A stretch of 64,000 bases of DNA from an uncultured Bacilli bacterium (GCA_934130165.1 CAKOXO010000004.1:51415-115414), one strand, 5' to 3'. Shown: positions 19,060 to 29,163, counted from the stretch's first letter. The notes: generated from the sequence alone by a model not told the origin. A program made the numbers and translations.

Positions 19060-19822
19060 AAAGGATTTATCAGTAATTGCCTTAGTTTTTTTCTTAACTA
19101 GATGTTTTTTTAATTTATCGACTTTTAACAATTTATATAGTTTTCTTATTACGGCAACATCAATATTTATAGCAATACTAGGGTTAAAACTAATTAAAAA
19201 AGATATCCTATCTAACAAAATAATAGATATTATTTATATGATTATAATAATTTATATTTTTGCAATTATTCTTATCAATGCCACGATGTTTATAAATACT
19301 AATTATTTTAGATATAATAATTACATTATCATAGGACTATCCCTAATTGGAATTTCATACATAATTGGTAAAGATGAAATAAAAACGATTAGTTCTATTA
19401 GTGAAATATTTCTTTTTGTGTTTATTATAATAAGTTTAGTTGCATATATAGGTTTAATTTCATTAATAAAAATAAATAACTATAGTGGTTTTATTACATT
19501 TAATAACATATCAATCAACTTACTACCAGGATTTATTATATTTATACTACTATATTTAAAAGATGATAATATTTGTACTGGTTATATTATTGGAGTTATA
19601 TCTTCGCTATTAGATTCATTTTTACTTATTGGTTGCTTAGGAAATAAATTAATTATGAGTTACAAATTTCCAGGAATTGCAGTTTTAAAAAGTCTAAATT
19701 TATTTCATTTTATAAATCATTTAGATAAACTATTATCTTTTATCTATTTATTTGAATATACCATTACTCTTTCATTAATTATTAATATAATTATAAACAT
19801 CAAAAAAAAGATAGGTTCATGA
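19052..19822 (+). CDS. Ger(x)B-like polytopic membrane protein (APC-type germinant receptor subunit), shortened
   Basis: About 7-8 transmembrane helices in 257 aa. Its position as third gene of an A-C-B operon fits. ATG 19052 with an AAGGTTGGGTG ribosome-binding site. Confidence 0.5.
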   Translation: MIKKDLSVIALVFFLTRCFFNLSTFNNLYSFLITATSIFIAILGLKLIKKDILSNKIIDIIYMIIIIYIFAIILINATMFINTNYFRYNNYIIIGLSLIGISYIIGKDEIKTISSISEIFLFVFIIISLVAYIGLISLIKINNYSGFITFNNISINLLPGFIIFILLYLKDDNICTGYIIGVISSLLDSFLLIGCLGNKLIMSYKFPGIAVLKSLNLFHFINHLDKLLSFIYLFEYTITLSLIINIIINIKKKIGS

Positions 19823-19825
19823 TAC

Positions 19826-20326
19826 CTAACTTTCTAAAACATTACATGTATATCCCATATTCTCATAAAAAGATTGTTCTTCCTCTAAAGCTTGATAATA
19901 ATTTATTAAATCAGTATTTTCCTTATTATCATTAATTAATTCTTGATCAATTGTTACTGTAACTAAATCATTATTATTGTTTACTTTTATATTTTTTAGA
20001 GAATTAAACATATTGTATTCATCACTTACTTTAATACTTGTATTAGGTAGAACCCCTTCAGGAACTTGATCTATTTTCTTATAAGATATTGTATTAGTAT
20101 CAATAATACCATCCTTATACTTTACACTAATAGACTCTAAATATAACTCTTCTGGAAAATATTTACTACATTTTAAGACTTGTAGTTGTTTTTTTACTAC
20201 ATTATTTTTTGTTGTAATATCACTTGGTCTAGGAATCAAATATCTAAATAATGGTGGTAATACTATAAATGTTAAAAGTAATAATATACAACTGATAACT
20301 AGTATTGGACTTTTTTCTTTCTTCAT
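19826..20326 (-). CDS. N-anchored secreted protein, unknown
   Basis: N-terminal transmembrane or signal segment ('ILVISCILLLLTFIVLPPLF') and a polar C-terminal domain. No recognisable motif. Confidence 0.4.
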   Translation of the reverse strand: MKKEKSPILVISCILLLLTFIVLPPLFRYLIPRPSDITTKNNVVKKQLQVLKCSKYFPEELYLESISVKYKDGIIDTNTISYKKIDQVPEGVLPNTSIKVSDEYNMFNSLKNIKVNNNNDLVTVTIDQELINDNKENTDLINYYQALEEEQSFYENMGYTCNVLES

Positions 20327-20334
20327 TATATCAC

Positions 20335-20835
20335 CTATAACACTTCTATATCTTCATCATTTTCATTGGTTTTTACAGTATTATTTTCCATATTTAAAGT
20401 ATCATTTAGAGGCTTTTCATCACTTAATAGCTCTTCTTTACTATTACTATCATTTTCATGTTTATTATAGTTTTTCTTTATCATAAATATCTCTACTACA
20501 TAATAAACAAAGAAAACAGCTGGAATAGCAGGAGAAAAGCGAACTGCATAATATAATATTTTAGCTTTTTCCACTAATCCTTTACTTTGTAGTGTACCTA
20601 CAAAATAGTTTGAATACATATATGCTATTATTGATAATACAATTGTAATAACTATTGCTACCAAACTTGCCCAATAATTTACAATAAAATAATACTTATT
20701 TGGATTATTTCTTTTTATATTCTTAGTACTAAAAGAAATTATTATTCTTGATAGAACTATCATAGCAATTGTTGGTAACAATACATACAATAATAACTTA
20801 TAAAATAAATTAAAATTAATATCAACATTAACCAT
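20335..20835 (-). CDS. small membrane protein with 4 transmembrane helices and an acidic C-terminal tail
   Basis: Hydrophobicity pattern only. Confidence 0.4.
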   Translation of the reverse strand: MVNVDINFNLFYKLLLYVLLPTIAMIVLSRIIISFSTKNIKRNNPNKYYFIVNYWASLVAIVITIVLSIIAYMYSNYFVGTLQSKGLVEKAKILYYAVRFSPAIPAVFFVYYVVEIFMIKKNYNKHENDSNSKEELLSDEKPLNDTLNMENNTVKTNENDEDIEVL

Positions 20836-20866
20836 ACCTTATCACCTATTATAGAATATATCATAA

Positions 20867-21274
20867 TTAAACTTCTTTTTCAATTTCTTTTTTACAATTA
20901 AAAAATAAAAAAATTGCTATTAAAATAATTACCAACCCCAAAATAATTAAAATATATTCATTATGTTTAACTATACCATCACTTATTTTAGTTGGATTAT
21001 TCTTATCATAATAAATTGTTAATTTATCACTTATTTTAATATGTTCTTTTTCTGTTACAATGATTCCGTTATATTTTTTAGAATGAACATAGTAATTAAC
21101 ATATAATAAGGTGTTATTTTTATTATTTGAAATTGTATATATAACACCTTCTGTTTTCCCAGCATTATTTATAAAATTCATTTTTTTATTATAGATACAC
21201 ATAGCACATATAATATCAATTAAACCTATTAATACTATAACTAGACAATATTTATACCTCTTTAAATGTTTCAT
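20867..21274 (-). CDS. DUF3592-like membrane protein (transmembrane helix, beta domain, transmembrane helix)
   Basis: Topology 'LVIVLIGLIDIICAMCIY', then a ~80-aa domain, then 'ILIILGLVIILIAIFLFF'. Confidence 0.35.
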   Translation of the reverse strand: MKHLKRYKYCLVIVLIGLIDIICAMCIYNKKMNFINNAGKTEGVIYTISNNKNNTLLYVNYYVHSKKYNGIIVTEKEHIKISDKLTIYYDKNNPTKISDGIVKHNEYILIILGLVIILIAIFLFFNCKKEIEKEV

Positions 21275-22028
21275 TTAACTCTTCTATCCTTTCATATACT
21301 ATTTTCGGATTAGTTGTTGTAATATATATTTTATTTTTATATTTTTTAATTACATCAATACCTATTTCATTAAATAATTTATCAACTTCATCACTACTAT
21401 CTATAGTATAAATACCATAATTTTTATTACTTTTTAAAATCATTTTACTATTTTTATAGTTAACCATTCTTTTATCCATTGATATTATATCTAAACTTAA
21501 ATTTAGATATGTTCTAAAATATGCTTTTAATTCAAAAAGCTTAGAGTGTCTATTTAGTAATAAGCAGGTTGGATATTTTCTTTTTATAAAAAATTTTAAA
21601 AACTTATATATAAAACTAATAACCACTATCTTTTTTGTTTTATACTTTTTTACTGTATCATAAACAAGTTGTAATGTTTGATCCTCACTCCCTACTTCTC
21701 CTAATTTTATTTCTAAAAAAATTAGTTTTTCTTTTGGAATAATACCTAATATTTCATCCAAAGTAGCTAGTTTTGTTTTGTATTTTTTTAAATGTATTTG
21801 GTTTAATTTACTATAGTCTGTATTAGATATTCTATAACTTTTATTATTATACTTTATCCTAAAATCATGAAACACTACTAATTTATTATCACTGGTTACT
21901 CTTACATCAAATTCAACTCCATCAATATATTCCTTTGAGGTGGCATATTTAATAGCTTCTATTGAGTTTTCTCTAGTATTTGACTGCTTATACCCACCTC
22001 TATGTGCAATTAGTTTTATTTTATTCAT
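21252..22028 (-). CDS. glycerophosphodiester phosphodiesterase family protein
   Basis: 'LIAHRGGYKQSNTRENSIEAIKYA' and 'GVEFDVRVTSDNKLVVFHD' are GDPD motifs. The start was moved to ATG 22026-22028 (AGGTGA ribosome-binding site), because the track start is a TTG. Confidence 0.8.
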   Translation of the reverse strand: MNKIKLIAHRGGYKQSNTRENSIEAIKYATSKEYIDGVEFDVRVTSDNKLVVFHDFRIKYNNKSYRISNTDYSKLNQIHLKKYKTKLATLDEILGIIPKEKLIFLEIKLGEVGSEDQTLQLVYDTVKKYKTKKIVVISFIYKFLKFFIKRKYPTCLLLNRHSKLFELKAYFRTYLNLSLDIISMDKRMVNYKNSKMILKSNKNYGIYTIDSSDEVDKLFNEIGIDVIKKYKNKIYITTTNPKIVYERIEELNETFKEV

Positions 22029-22096
22029 AAAATCACCTACTATATATAATATATTCAATTAAATATAGCTTGTGAAAGAGAAAAAGTAATGCCTAT

Positions 22097-22615
22097 TTAA
22101 GCATTACCATTTTGACATTCTGTTCCATATTTTCTAGCAAATGATTTCCAGTCTTTTAATTTAATTTTACCATTGGTAACTTTAACATTATCTTCACTAC
22201 CTTCAATCTCCATTAGTTTATCCATATCAATTTTACCATAATTAATATAAGTAGTACTTGTAACAGTATTATTTTTTAATGTTACTTTATTATCATAATA
22301 TTCTAAATTGCTATATACTGAATATACATTTTCGTATGCTTCTTTATATTGGTTTAGTACATTACTATCATTTGATGTTACTACTTCCTTTGATTTTAGT
22401 ATTTCTATATAGTTATCTGAGTTATAATAAACATCTATATTTATATCTACAGAAGAGTTATCTGTAGTTTCAGTTTTTCTAGTACATGTAATATAATCTA
22501 GATTTTTTGTATTATATTTCTTATTTAATTCCACTTCAACCTTAGTAGAACACCCTGTCACCAATAGAAGAAATAAGATTATTAATAATAAACTTTTTTT
22601 ATTCATCTTCTTCAC
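22097..22615 (-). CDS. lipoprotein, unknown
   Basis: Lipobox 'LLVTGCST'. Confidence 0.55.
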   Translation of the reverse strand: MKKMNKKSLLLIILFLLLVTGCSTKVEVELNKKYNTKNLDYITCTRKTETTDNSSVDINIDVYYNSDNYIEILKSKEVVTSNDSNVLNQYKEAYENVYSVYSNLEYYDNKVTLKNNTVTSTTYINYGKIDMDKLMEIEGSEDNVKVTNGKIKLKDWKSFARKYGTECQNGNA

Positions 22616-23120
22616 TCTTTTCCTTTAACATTTTAAGTATTTTATTTTGATTTTTCTGAAGAATAGTCATTTGATCATGTAATTCTTCTAAAATAAGTTC
22701 ACTTTTTAGGTCCGTCCTATAATCATTTTGGTTACGTAAGCTATCCTTTTCAGCTTGCCTATTTTGACTCATCATTATTATAGGCGCTTGTAATGAAGCA
22801 ATACAAGATAATACTAGGTTAAGTAAAATGAATGGATAAGGATCCAAACTATTTTCTTTAGTTAAAATAAATGCATTTAATACTATCCAGAAAACTAAGA
22901 ATAGTATAAATAGTATTATGAAAGTCCAACTACCTGCTACTTCACTTATTTTATCCGCTACTCTATCTCCTCTAGTCATCTTTGTCTCTTCTAATTTATC
23001 AACATCTATTGAAATTGGTTTATCAATAAGCAAATCTAATAATTCTTGCTCATCTTGTTCTTGTAAATTCTCATTTAATAACATTTTAACTATTTCTTTT
23101 TTTGTTTTTCGCCTTTCCAT
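22599..23120 (-). CDS. DUF1003 membrane protein
   Basis: 'RGDRVADKISEVAGSWTFI' and 'DPYPFILLNLVLSCIASLQAPIIMMSQNRQ'. The start was moved to ATG 23118-23120 (GGAGG ribosome-binding site). Confidence 0.65.
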   Translation of the reverse strand: MERRKTKKEIVKMLLNENLQEQDEQELLDLLIDKPISIDVDKLEETKMTRGDRVADKISEVAGSWTFIILFILFLVFWIVLNAFILTKENSLDPYPFILLNLVLSCIASLQAPIIMMSQNRQAEKDSLRNQNDYRTDLKSELILEELHDQMTILQKNQNKILKMLKEKSEEDE

Positions 23121-23145
23121 ATAAACCTCCATTATGATTATTATA

Positions 23146-23670
23146 TCATGCTTGTAATATAAAATCTTTTATTATTTCAAATACTTGGTTTTTATCAATA
23201 CTTAAATTACAAGAAAGTATTAATTTATTATTTCCCATAACTATTTCATTACTAGGATTTAAAAATATAAGTTTATTAGTATCAATATCATTCATCTTTA
23301 TTAGAACTTTTTCTAATATGTTACTACTACTTCCATAACTCATAAAGTATACATTTTTCTTATCTATATCATAGTTATCTATTTCTTTGTAAATATATTT
23401 TATAAATTTATAACATTTTGAAACATAATCATTTTTAGAGTAATCTAGTAAAAAAACAACGCTTTTTGTATTTATTGCTAAATCACTACAAATACTCTCA
23501 TCTGTAGATATTAAAATAATTAGTCTATCAAGATTTACTTCCTTTTTAGGATAAAATACTTTAATTGGCAATAAATTGTTTTTTAATAATATCTTATAAT
23601 TTGAAATATTTTCTCTAGAAATGCTTGGATGAAATATCTCATTTAAACTTCTATATAATTTTGTTTGCAT
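23146..23670 (-). CDS. hypothetical protein
   Basis: An ORF of 174 aa with no recognisable motif. Confidence 0.35.
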   Translation of the reverse strand: MQTKLYRSLNEIFHPSISRENISNYKILLKNNLLPIKVFYPKKEVNLDRLIILISTDESICSDLAINTKSVVFLLDYSKNDYVSKCYKFIKYIYKEIDNYDIDKKNVYFMSYGSSSNILEKVLIKMNDIDTNKLIFLNPSNEIVMGNNKLILSCNLSIDKNQVFEIIKDFILQA

Positions 23671-23748
23671 ACTACCACCAATCTTATCTTATCACAATAA
23701 AAGAAAGTATTTAAAAACTTTCTTTTAAACTTTACACTATTTGATATT

Positions 23749-25128
23749 TTAATCCTTAAAAAATGAGAATAAACCTTTCTTTCGGATTAATGTAGGAATA
23801 TTTGGATTATTAGTTATTGAATTTATAATGGTATTTGACAAATTATAAGTATTTCCATACTTTAATGAATATTTTGCTTTACCATATCTTTTATCAATCA
23901 TAACAACTGGTACTTCCAAAGAATAATCTAACTTCACTTTTTTATCTACACCAACAATATAATCATCTTTATAAACTCCATAAAGAGATGAGATAAACAT
24001 ATTATATCCATTTTGATCACAAATATTGTAAATATTATCAATTTTTTCATCAATAATCATCAAAAATTCCCTGATTTGTTTAATTTCTTTAAAGTCAGCT
24101 ATATCATAATCAAATACAATTAATTGTTCAGTTGATGATAAAACTTCTTCATAATTTATATTATCATCTAAATTTCGATATTCTATGTTATTGCTCTTTA
24201 TGTCTTTTAAACCGTTAAGATTATAATTAATGGATTGAATTCTATCAGGTTTAGTATATATTACACACTTCAAATGAGCTTCTTCTAGTTTTTTATTAAA
24301 GAAATCCAAAGGTTCTATTTCTTCATATATATTAATAGCATAAGGAAATGATTTCATAGGAAATAATGTATATAATTTTACATTTCTAATTTTTTTAATA
24401 AAATCATCACAGTCAACATCTTCATAATTTAAAAATAACGCAATATCATTGGGTTGAAGTTTGAAACCTGGTTGAAGATAAAATGGATCTATATTCTTAG
24501 GAATAATTCCCATGGTTCTAGAATAATTTATTTTTCTGGCATAATCAGGCCATTTTTCTCCGCTTTCTTTACAAAATAAATTATAATAATCATCTTTATT
24601 AATAGTTCTTTCACCAGTAACCATTCCTATTTCTACATTTTTATAAAGAGTTATTTTTTCCTCTATTGCTTGTAACATTTTTAAAATATTATCATACTCT
24701 ATCACATCTTTTTGTCTTAAAATAGGATGAATAAATATTTTAAACTCTCCTCTTGATTTTAGAACATTAATTATCTTAATTACCTGATTAATTACTTGAT
24801 CATTATCTAAAAAGCAAAATAGATGCACCTTTGTATTATTAGTAATAGCATCATTTGCTATTTTAATTATTGTAGTATTATTAGTTAAATTATTATCTGA
24901 TTCAAGGCGATGATAAGTTGGCAATAAATCATTACCTAAGCTAAAATTTCTATACCCATTTTTGTAATTATAATTTATATTTTCCAAATTAGAGTACAGA
25001 TAATTTCCCATAAGCATTGATAAATTAGGCATCGTATCATTAAACTTTATATCAAATGAATCTTTAGAGGCAACTCCTAAACCATTTATTAAAAATAAAA
25101 CAGTTTTAGTAATATCATTGTTCATCAT
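23749..25128 (-). CDS. 2,3-bisphosphoglycerate-independent phosphoglycerate mutase (iPGM)-like protein with degenerate active-site motifs
   Basis: From recalled iPGM sequence, these blocks are collinear with iPGM: 'TVLFLINGLG' ~ 'PVALIILDGFG', 'HLFCFLDNDQVINQ' ~ 'HLFGLLSDGGVHSH', 'IFIHPILRQKDV' ~ 'VYIHGFLDGRDV', and 'VEIGMVTGER' ~ 'IATLSGRYY'. The Mn ligands (Asp, His) and the Ser nucleophile region are substituted. Confidence 0.5.
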   Translation of the reverse strand: MMNNDITKTVLFLINGLGVASKDSFDIKFNDTMPNLSMLMGNYLYSNLENINYNYKNGYRNFSLGNDLLPTYHRLESDNNLTNNTTIIKIANDAITNNTKVHLFCFLDNDQVINQVIKIINVLKSRGEFKIFIHPILRQKDVIEYDNILKMLQAIEEKITLYKNVEIGMVTGERTINKDDYYNLFCKESGEKWPDYARKINYSRTMGIIPKNIDPFYLQPGFKLQPNDIALFLNYEDVDCDDFIKKIRNVKLYTLFPMKSFPYAINIYEEIEPLDFFNKKLEEAHLKCVIYTKPDRIQSINYNLNGLKDIKSNNIEYRNLDDNINYEEVLSSTEQLIVFDYDIADFKEIKQIREFLMIIDEKIDNIYNICDQNGYNMFISSLYGVYKDDYIVGVDKKVKLDYSLEVPVVMIDKRYGKAKYSLKYGNTYNLSNTIINSITNNPNIPTLIRKKGLFSFFKD

Positions 25129-25187
25129 TCCATCTCCTACTCTAATATTATTATATCACATAACTAAAAAAAAACACCATACAGTGT

Positions 25188-25922
25188 TTATTTTAGTTTT
25201 TGTAATTCATAATCTTTAATAAAAGTTTCAACTGTTTTGGTATTAGATATATTAATAATATTTGAATACATCGTTCCATCCTTTACATATATTACGGCAG
25301 GATATCCAAAATCTGATGGATTAATGCCTAGTGTAACTAATAATTTTTCATATTTATCTTTAGAGTAGTTTTTAACATCATAGCTTATATATTTAATTTT
25401 TTTGCTATTTAAATATTTTTCTATTTCTTTACAATTCTTACATTTTTTAGCATCACTATTCCAAATATATAGGGCTGTTGTCTCACTATTATCAATTATT
25501 GTTTTGATTGGTTTTTCCTTTTCTACATTAGTATTTACATTGGTTGTATAAGAAATTATTAAATAACATACCAAAATTACAACCAATATTGCTACAACCA
25601 ATATCATTATTTTCTTATTTTCTTCATTCAAATTTTTTCCTCTTTTATCCATTCTTTTCTCCTTATTATCTATCAGATATCGACATATTATCGTTGTTTT
25701 TTTGTTTATTACCATATCAATTGATTTTTTATCATCAAATATAGTTACATTTTTATTTTCATCAAGAAATACTAGTTTTATACTCTTTTTTTGATTTTTC
25801 TCACTACTATTTAATGTTAAAATTAATATGGTATACTTGAAAATCTTAATATTTGTAATATCTAAACTTTTATTTGTAGTTATTTTATTTGAAACCCTCT
25901 CTTTAGTTTTAACCCGTTTCAA
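25188..25922 (-). CDS. membrane-anchored thioredoxin-fold protein (CxxC)
   Basis: Central transmembrane helix 'IMILVVAILVVILVCYLII' and a C-terminal 'CKNCKEIEKYL' thioredoxin-like motif. The N-terminal region is Lys-rich. Confidence 0.55.
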   Translation of the reverse strand: MKRVKTKERVSNKITTNKSLDITNIKIFKYTILILTLNSSEKNQKKSIKLVFLDENKNVTIFDDKKSIDMVINKKTTIICRYLIDNKEKRMDKRGKNLNEENKKIMILVVAILVVILVCYLIISYTTNVNTNVEKEKPIKTIIDNSETTALYIWNSDAKKCKNCKEIEKYLNSKKIKYISYDVKNYSKDKYEKLLVTLGINPSDFGYPAVIYVKDGTMYSNIINISNTKTVETFIKDYELQKLK

Positions 25923-25982
25923 ACTATCATCTACTATAGCAATACTATACTATAAAAACAAAAAAAAATAAATACTAATTAT

Positions 25983-27002
25983 TTATTTTTTTATATTTTC
26001 CAACTTCTTAAGTGCCTCATCAAAAGTAGAAACACCTATTATTTTTATTTTTAAATTTCTTTTTTGTTTTATCTTTTTACATTCTTTATAATTAGATCCC
26101 TTAGGTACTATAAATATATCAGCTCCTGCTTTTTCTGCACCTAATAGTTTATATTTTACACCGCCTATAGTTGTTATTTTACCATCTTCTTCTATTTCAC
26201 CGGTACCGGCAATTTTATAACCTTTAGTTATATCTGTTTTTGTTATTTTGTTATATATATCCAAAGTCTCTATAATTCCGCCACTAGGTCCTGATTCACT
26301 TTTTTTAAATTTTATATTTACTTTAGGACTAGTTTTATACTTATGAATTTCTTTTGCATATATTCCAATTACATTTCTTCCTTCACTTTTGTAAACCTTC
26401 GCTGAAATATTCTTCCTTTTAGAATTTCTTTCTATTAACAGATTTAATTTTTGATTTTCTTTATATTTAGAAATAATATTTCTAAGTGAGGTGGCATCGG
26501 AAACATCTTTACCATCTACTTCTAAAATTTTATCTCCAACTTTTAGATCATTATTACTATCTTTATCAACATAATAAACATATAAACTAGTATCAGTAAC
26601 ATTATAAGTTTTACCAGCTTTTAGATAAGCATTTTTAATAGCATTATCATTGGCTGTTAATAAATCTATTTCTCCTCTAAATTCAACCTCATCCACACTT
26701 TCTTCATCGTCATAGGTATAAGAGCTAGTCTTTATTCTTTCCCAATCAGGAATAATATAACTTAACATATATGTTGCTATTGTTCCCTTAACCTCACTTA
26801 CATAAGCAAGATTTAAGCTACCTTTAGAACTATATTGATCTTCTACTTGTATCCTTTTTCCAACCTGCATTATTCCACCACCAGTAATAATATAGTAATC
26901 AACTGGCCACATAAAAAGTGTATATAAAACTATTAAAAATACAATACTTTTAAAATTTTCTTTAATAAATTGTTTTAGTTTTTCATAAAAATTAGTAAAC
27001 AT
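25983..27002 (-). CDS. ylbL: YlbL/SepM-family PDZ-Lon-like serine protease
   Basis: N-terminal transmembrane helix, a PDZ region, and 'SGPSGGIIETLDIYN...GYKIAGTGEI', which resembles the Lon S16 catalytic Ser region. Confidence 0.75.
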   Translation of the reverse strand: MFTNFYEKLKQFIKENFKSIVFLIVLYTLFMWPVDYYIITGGGIMQVGKRIQVEDQYSSKGSLNLAYVSEVKGTIATYMLSYIIPDWERIKTSSYTYDDEESVDEVEFRGEIDLLTANDNAIKNAYLKAGKTYNVTDTSLYVYYVDKDSNNDLKVGDKILEVDGKDVSDATSLRNIISKYKENQKLNLLIERNSKRKNISAKVYKSEGRNVIGIYAKEIHKYKTSPKVNIKFKKSESGPSGGIIETLDIYNKITKTDITKGYKIAGTGEIEEDGKITTIGGVKYKLLGAEKAGADIFIVPKGSNYKECKKIKQKRNLKIKIIGVSTFDEALKKLENIKK

Positions 27003-27047
27003 TTAATCATTCCTTTATGTTTAATTATATCAAAAAGTTGGTGAATT

Positions 27048-27971
27048 ATGAAAAATAAATTAATGCAGGTTTTAATATTTGTCATATTCTTGTCACTAAT
27101 ATTAAAACCAGATTTAATAACATCAGAAATACTTAATGCCTTAAATGTGTTTTCTAATACCCTATTTCCATCAATATTTCCATTCTTTTTAATCTCTGAT
27201 TTATTAATCAGTTATAATTTTTGTAATACTCTAAATAAGTATTTTTCTAAAATTAACAATTTTTTATTTCATACTTCAAATGCCTCTAACTTTGTAATAA
27301 TAATGAGTATTTTTTCTGGATTTCCAAGTGGAGCAAAGTATATAAGAACTCTCTATGATAAAAAAATGCTTAGTATTAATCAAGCAAATTATTTAATAGT
27401 TTTTACTCATTTTGCTAATCCATTATTTGTCTTAACTATTACAAAAAAACTATTTCATAATTCTAGTATTTCTTATCTAATACTATTTTGTCACATTATT
27501 TCTAATATAATAATAGCAATCATAATTAGACCAAAGGAAAAAGAAGTTCATATAGAATTAAACAATGAAAATAACGAATCATTCTCTACTAATTTATCTA
27601 ATTCAATCAAATCTTCTTTGAAACTTTTATTATTAATACTTGGAAATACTTGTTTTTTCTTTATAGTTACAAGACTAATTAATGAGTATTTTTCCTTAAG
27701 TGGTATTTACCAAGTATTTATTAATGGTTTTTTTGATATGACAAAAGGAATCAATAGTATTTCCTTAATACATTCGACTATAATATTTAAAGCAATTTTA
27801 ACTTTAACATTCATATCTTTTGGTGGAATAAATGTACATATGCAAGTTTTGAATATAATTGATGGTACTGATATCAAATATAAAAACTTTTTACTTGGAA
27901 GAATATCACAACTGGCAATATCTTCCGTATTATTCTTTATTTTCTATAATTTTAGTACCAGTCTTTATTAA
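27048..27971 (+). CDS. ylbJ: sporulation integral membrane protein YlbJ (nucleoside-recognition/Gate domain)
   Basis: Polytopic, with 'FSGFPSGAKYIRTLYDKKMLSINQANYLIVFTHFANP'. It is divergent from ylbL as in Bacillus. Confidence 0.6.
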   Translation: MKNKLMQVLIFVIFLSLILKPDLITSEILNALNVFSNTLFPSIFPFFLISDLLISYNFCNTLNKYFSKINNFLFHTSNASNFVIIMSIFSGFPSGAKYIRTLYDKKMLSINQANYLIVFTHFANPLFVLTITKKLFHNSSISYLILFCHIISNIIIAIIIRPKEKEVHIELNNENNESFSTNLSNSIKSSLKLLLLILGNTCFFFIVTRLINEYFSLSGIYQVFINGFFDMTKGINSISLIHSTIIFKAILTLTFISFGGINVHMQVLNIIDGTDIKYKNFLLGRISQLAISSVLFFIFYNFSTSLY

Positions 27972-28548
27972 TTGGGATTACTATATCTAACGCAGAATAT
28001 TTATTTCCTAAATCATTATGCCTAAAACCTACATATATTTTTAGGTAATCATTTTTATTTGTGATTTGAATATCATTAAAACGTAGGGTGTAAATATCTG
28101 GAATTTCAAATTTATCATCTATCACATTATCTTTATAAAACACAATATAATTATTTTTATGACAATCAATTATTCCGGAATCATCCTCTGATTCTATATC
28201 TTTAGTATCATCACTATTTTCATCGCATTTACTTAATTGATAAATTTCTAATTTTCTTGTTTTACCAGTATTTAACGTATAATTGATTATATATTTAGTA
28301 CCATTACCATTTATTCGATCTTCATGAGTAGCCTTTTTTACACCACCGCCGTCTATAATATCTTCTTCTATGGTTTTGGTAGTTTCGTTTTTATATGTTA
28401 ACATCGAATTTTTTGTTGATTCAATTTCTTGTTTTGATTTTTGATTATTTACTACCTTAAACATAGACATTACTATAACAACAACAATTGAAAAACAGAC
28501 CAATATTTCTACTACTGTCAATCCTTTATTATTTAATCTTTTCATCAC
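27952..28548 (-). CDS. prepilin-type (class III signal) pseudopilin / minor pilin
   Basis: 'MMKRLNNKGLTVVEILVCFSIVVVIV' has the G/F-T-x-x-E cleavage and methylation motif before the hydrophobic helix. Confidence 0.65.
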   Translation of the reverse strand: MMKRLNNKGLTVVEILVCFSIVVVIVMSMFKVVNNQKSKQEIESTKNSMLTYKNETTKTIEEDIIDGGGVKKATHEDRINGNGTKYIINYTLNTGKTRKLEIYQLSKCDENSDDTKDIESEDDSGIIDCHKNNYIVFYKDNVIDDKFEIPDIYTLRFNDIQITNKNDYLKIYVGFRHNDLGNKYSALDIVIPINKDWY

Positions 28549-29069
28549 TTGATATCAACTCCCAAAGTAGCATATTCATATACGCTTTCAGTGTTTTCAG
28601 TTCCCTCTTTTATGTCTTTTTTGTATTTTGCAATTATACGATAATTATAACCATATTTATTAATTTCATAGTTTGGTAAATATTTGATGTATTCTTTTAA
28701 TCCTGAATCAAGAGAAGTAGAATCAATATTCTTCTTTAGGTCTGTTATTTTATAATTTGTAATATAGACTTCTGGATCTCCTAAACTAGTCATTAAGTTC
28801 CTGCATTCACCAGTAAAACTTCCAGCCTCAGTACAGTTTAATTTTTTTGGATTAACATTAACCTGTAACACACCTTGATTATTACTTAGAAATCTTTTAA
28901 TTAAATCAGTCTTATATACACTATCAATATTATCATACCCTTCTCTTTTTTCATATTCACCTATTAATGGATAAAAATTTGTATATAATAAAGTAAATAT
29001 TCCCATAACAAAAACAGATACAATTAATGTTTCTACAAGGGCAAAGCCTTTAGAGTTCAATTTCTTCAT
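28545..29069 (-). CDS. prepilin-type pseudopilin / minor pilin
   Basis: 'MKKLNSKGFALVETLIVSVFVMGIF'. Its stop overlaps the start of the downstream pilin gene. Confidence 0.7.
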   Translation of the reverse strand: MKKLNSKGFALVETLIVSVFVMGIFTLLYTNFYPLIGEYEKREGYDNIDSVYKTDLIKRFLSNNQGVLQVNVNPKKLNCTEAGSFTGECRNLMTSLGDPEVYITNYKITDLKKNIDSTSLDSGLKEYIKYLPNYEINKYGYNYRIIAKYKKDIKEGTENTESVYEYATLGVDIK

Positions 29070-29163
29070 TTTTTAGTATTCACTCCTTGCTATTATGATA
29101 AAACTATTATATAATATAATAAGATAAAATACCATAGAAAGTAGACAAAAAGGGGTTGAAAAT

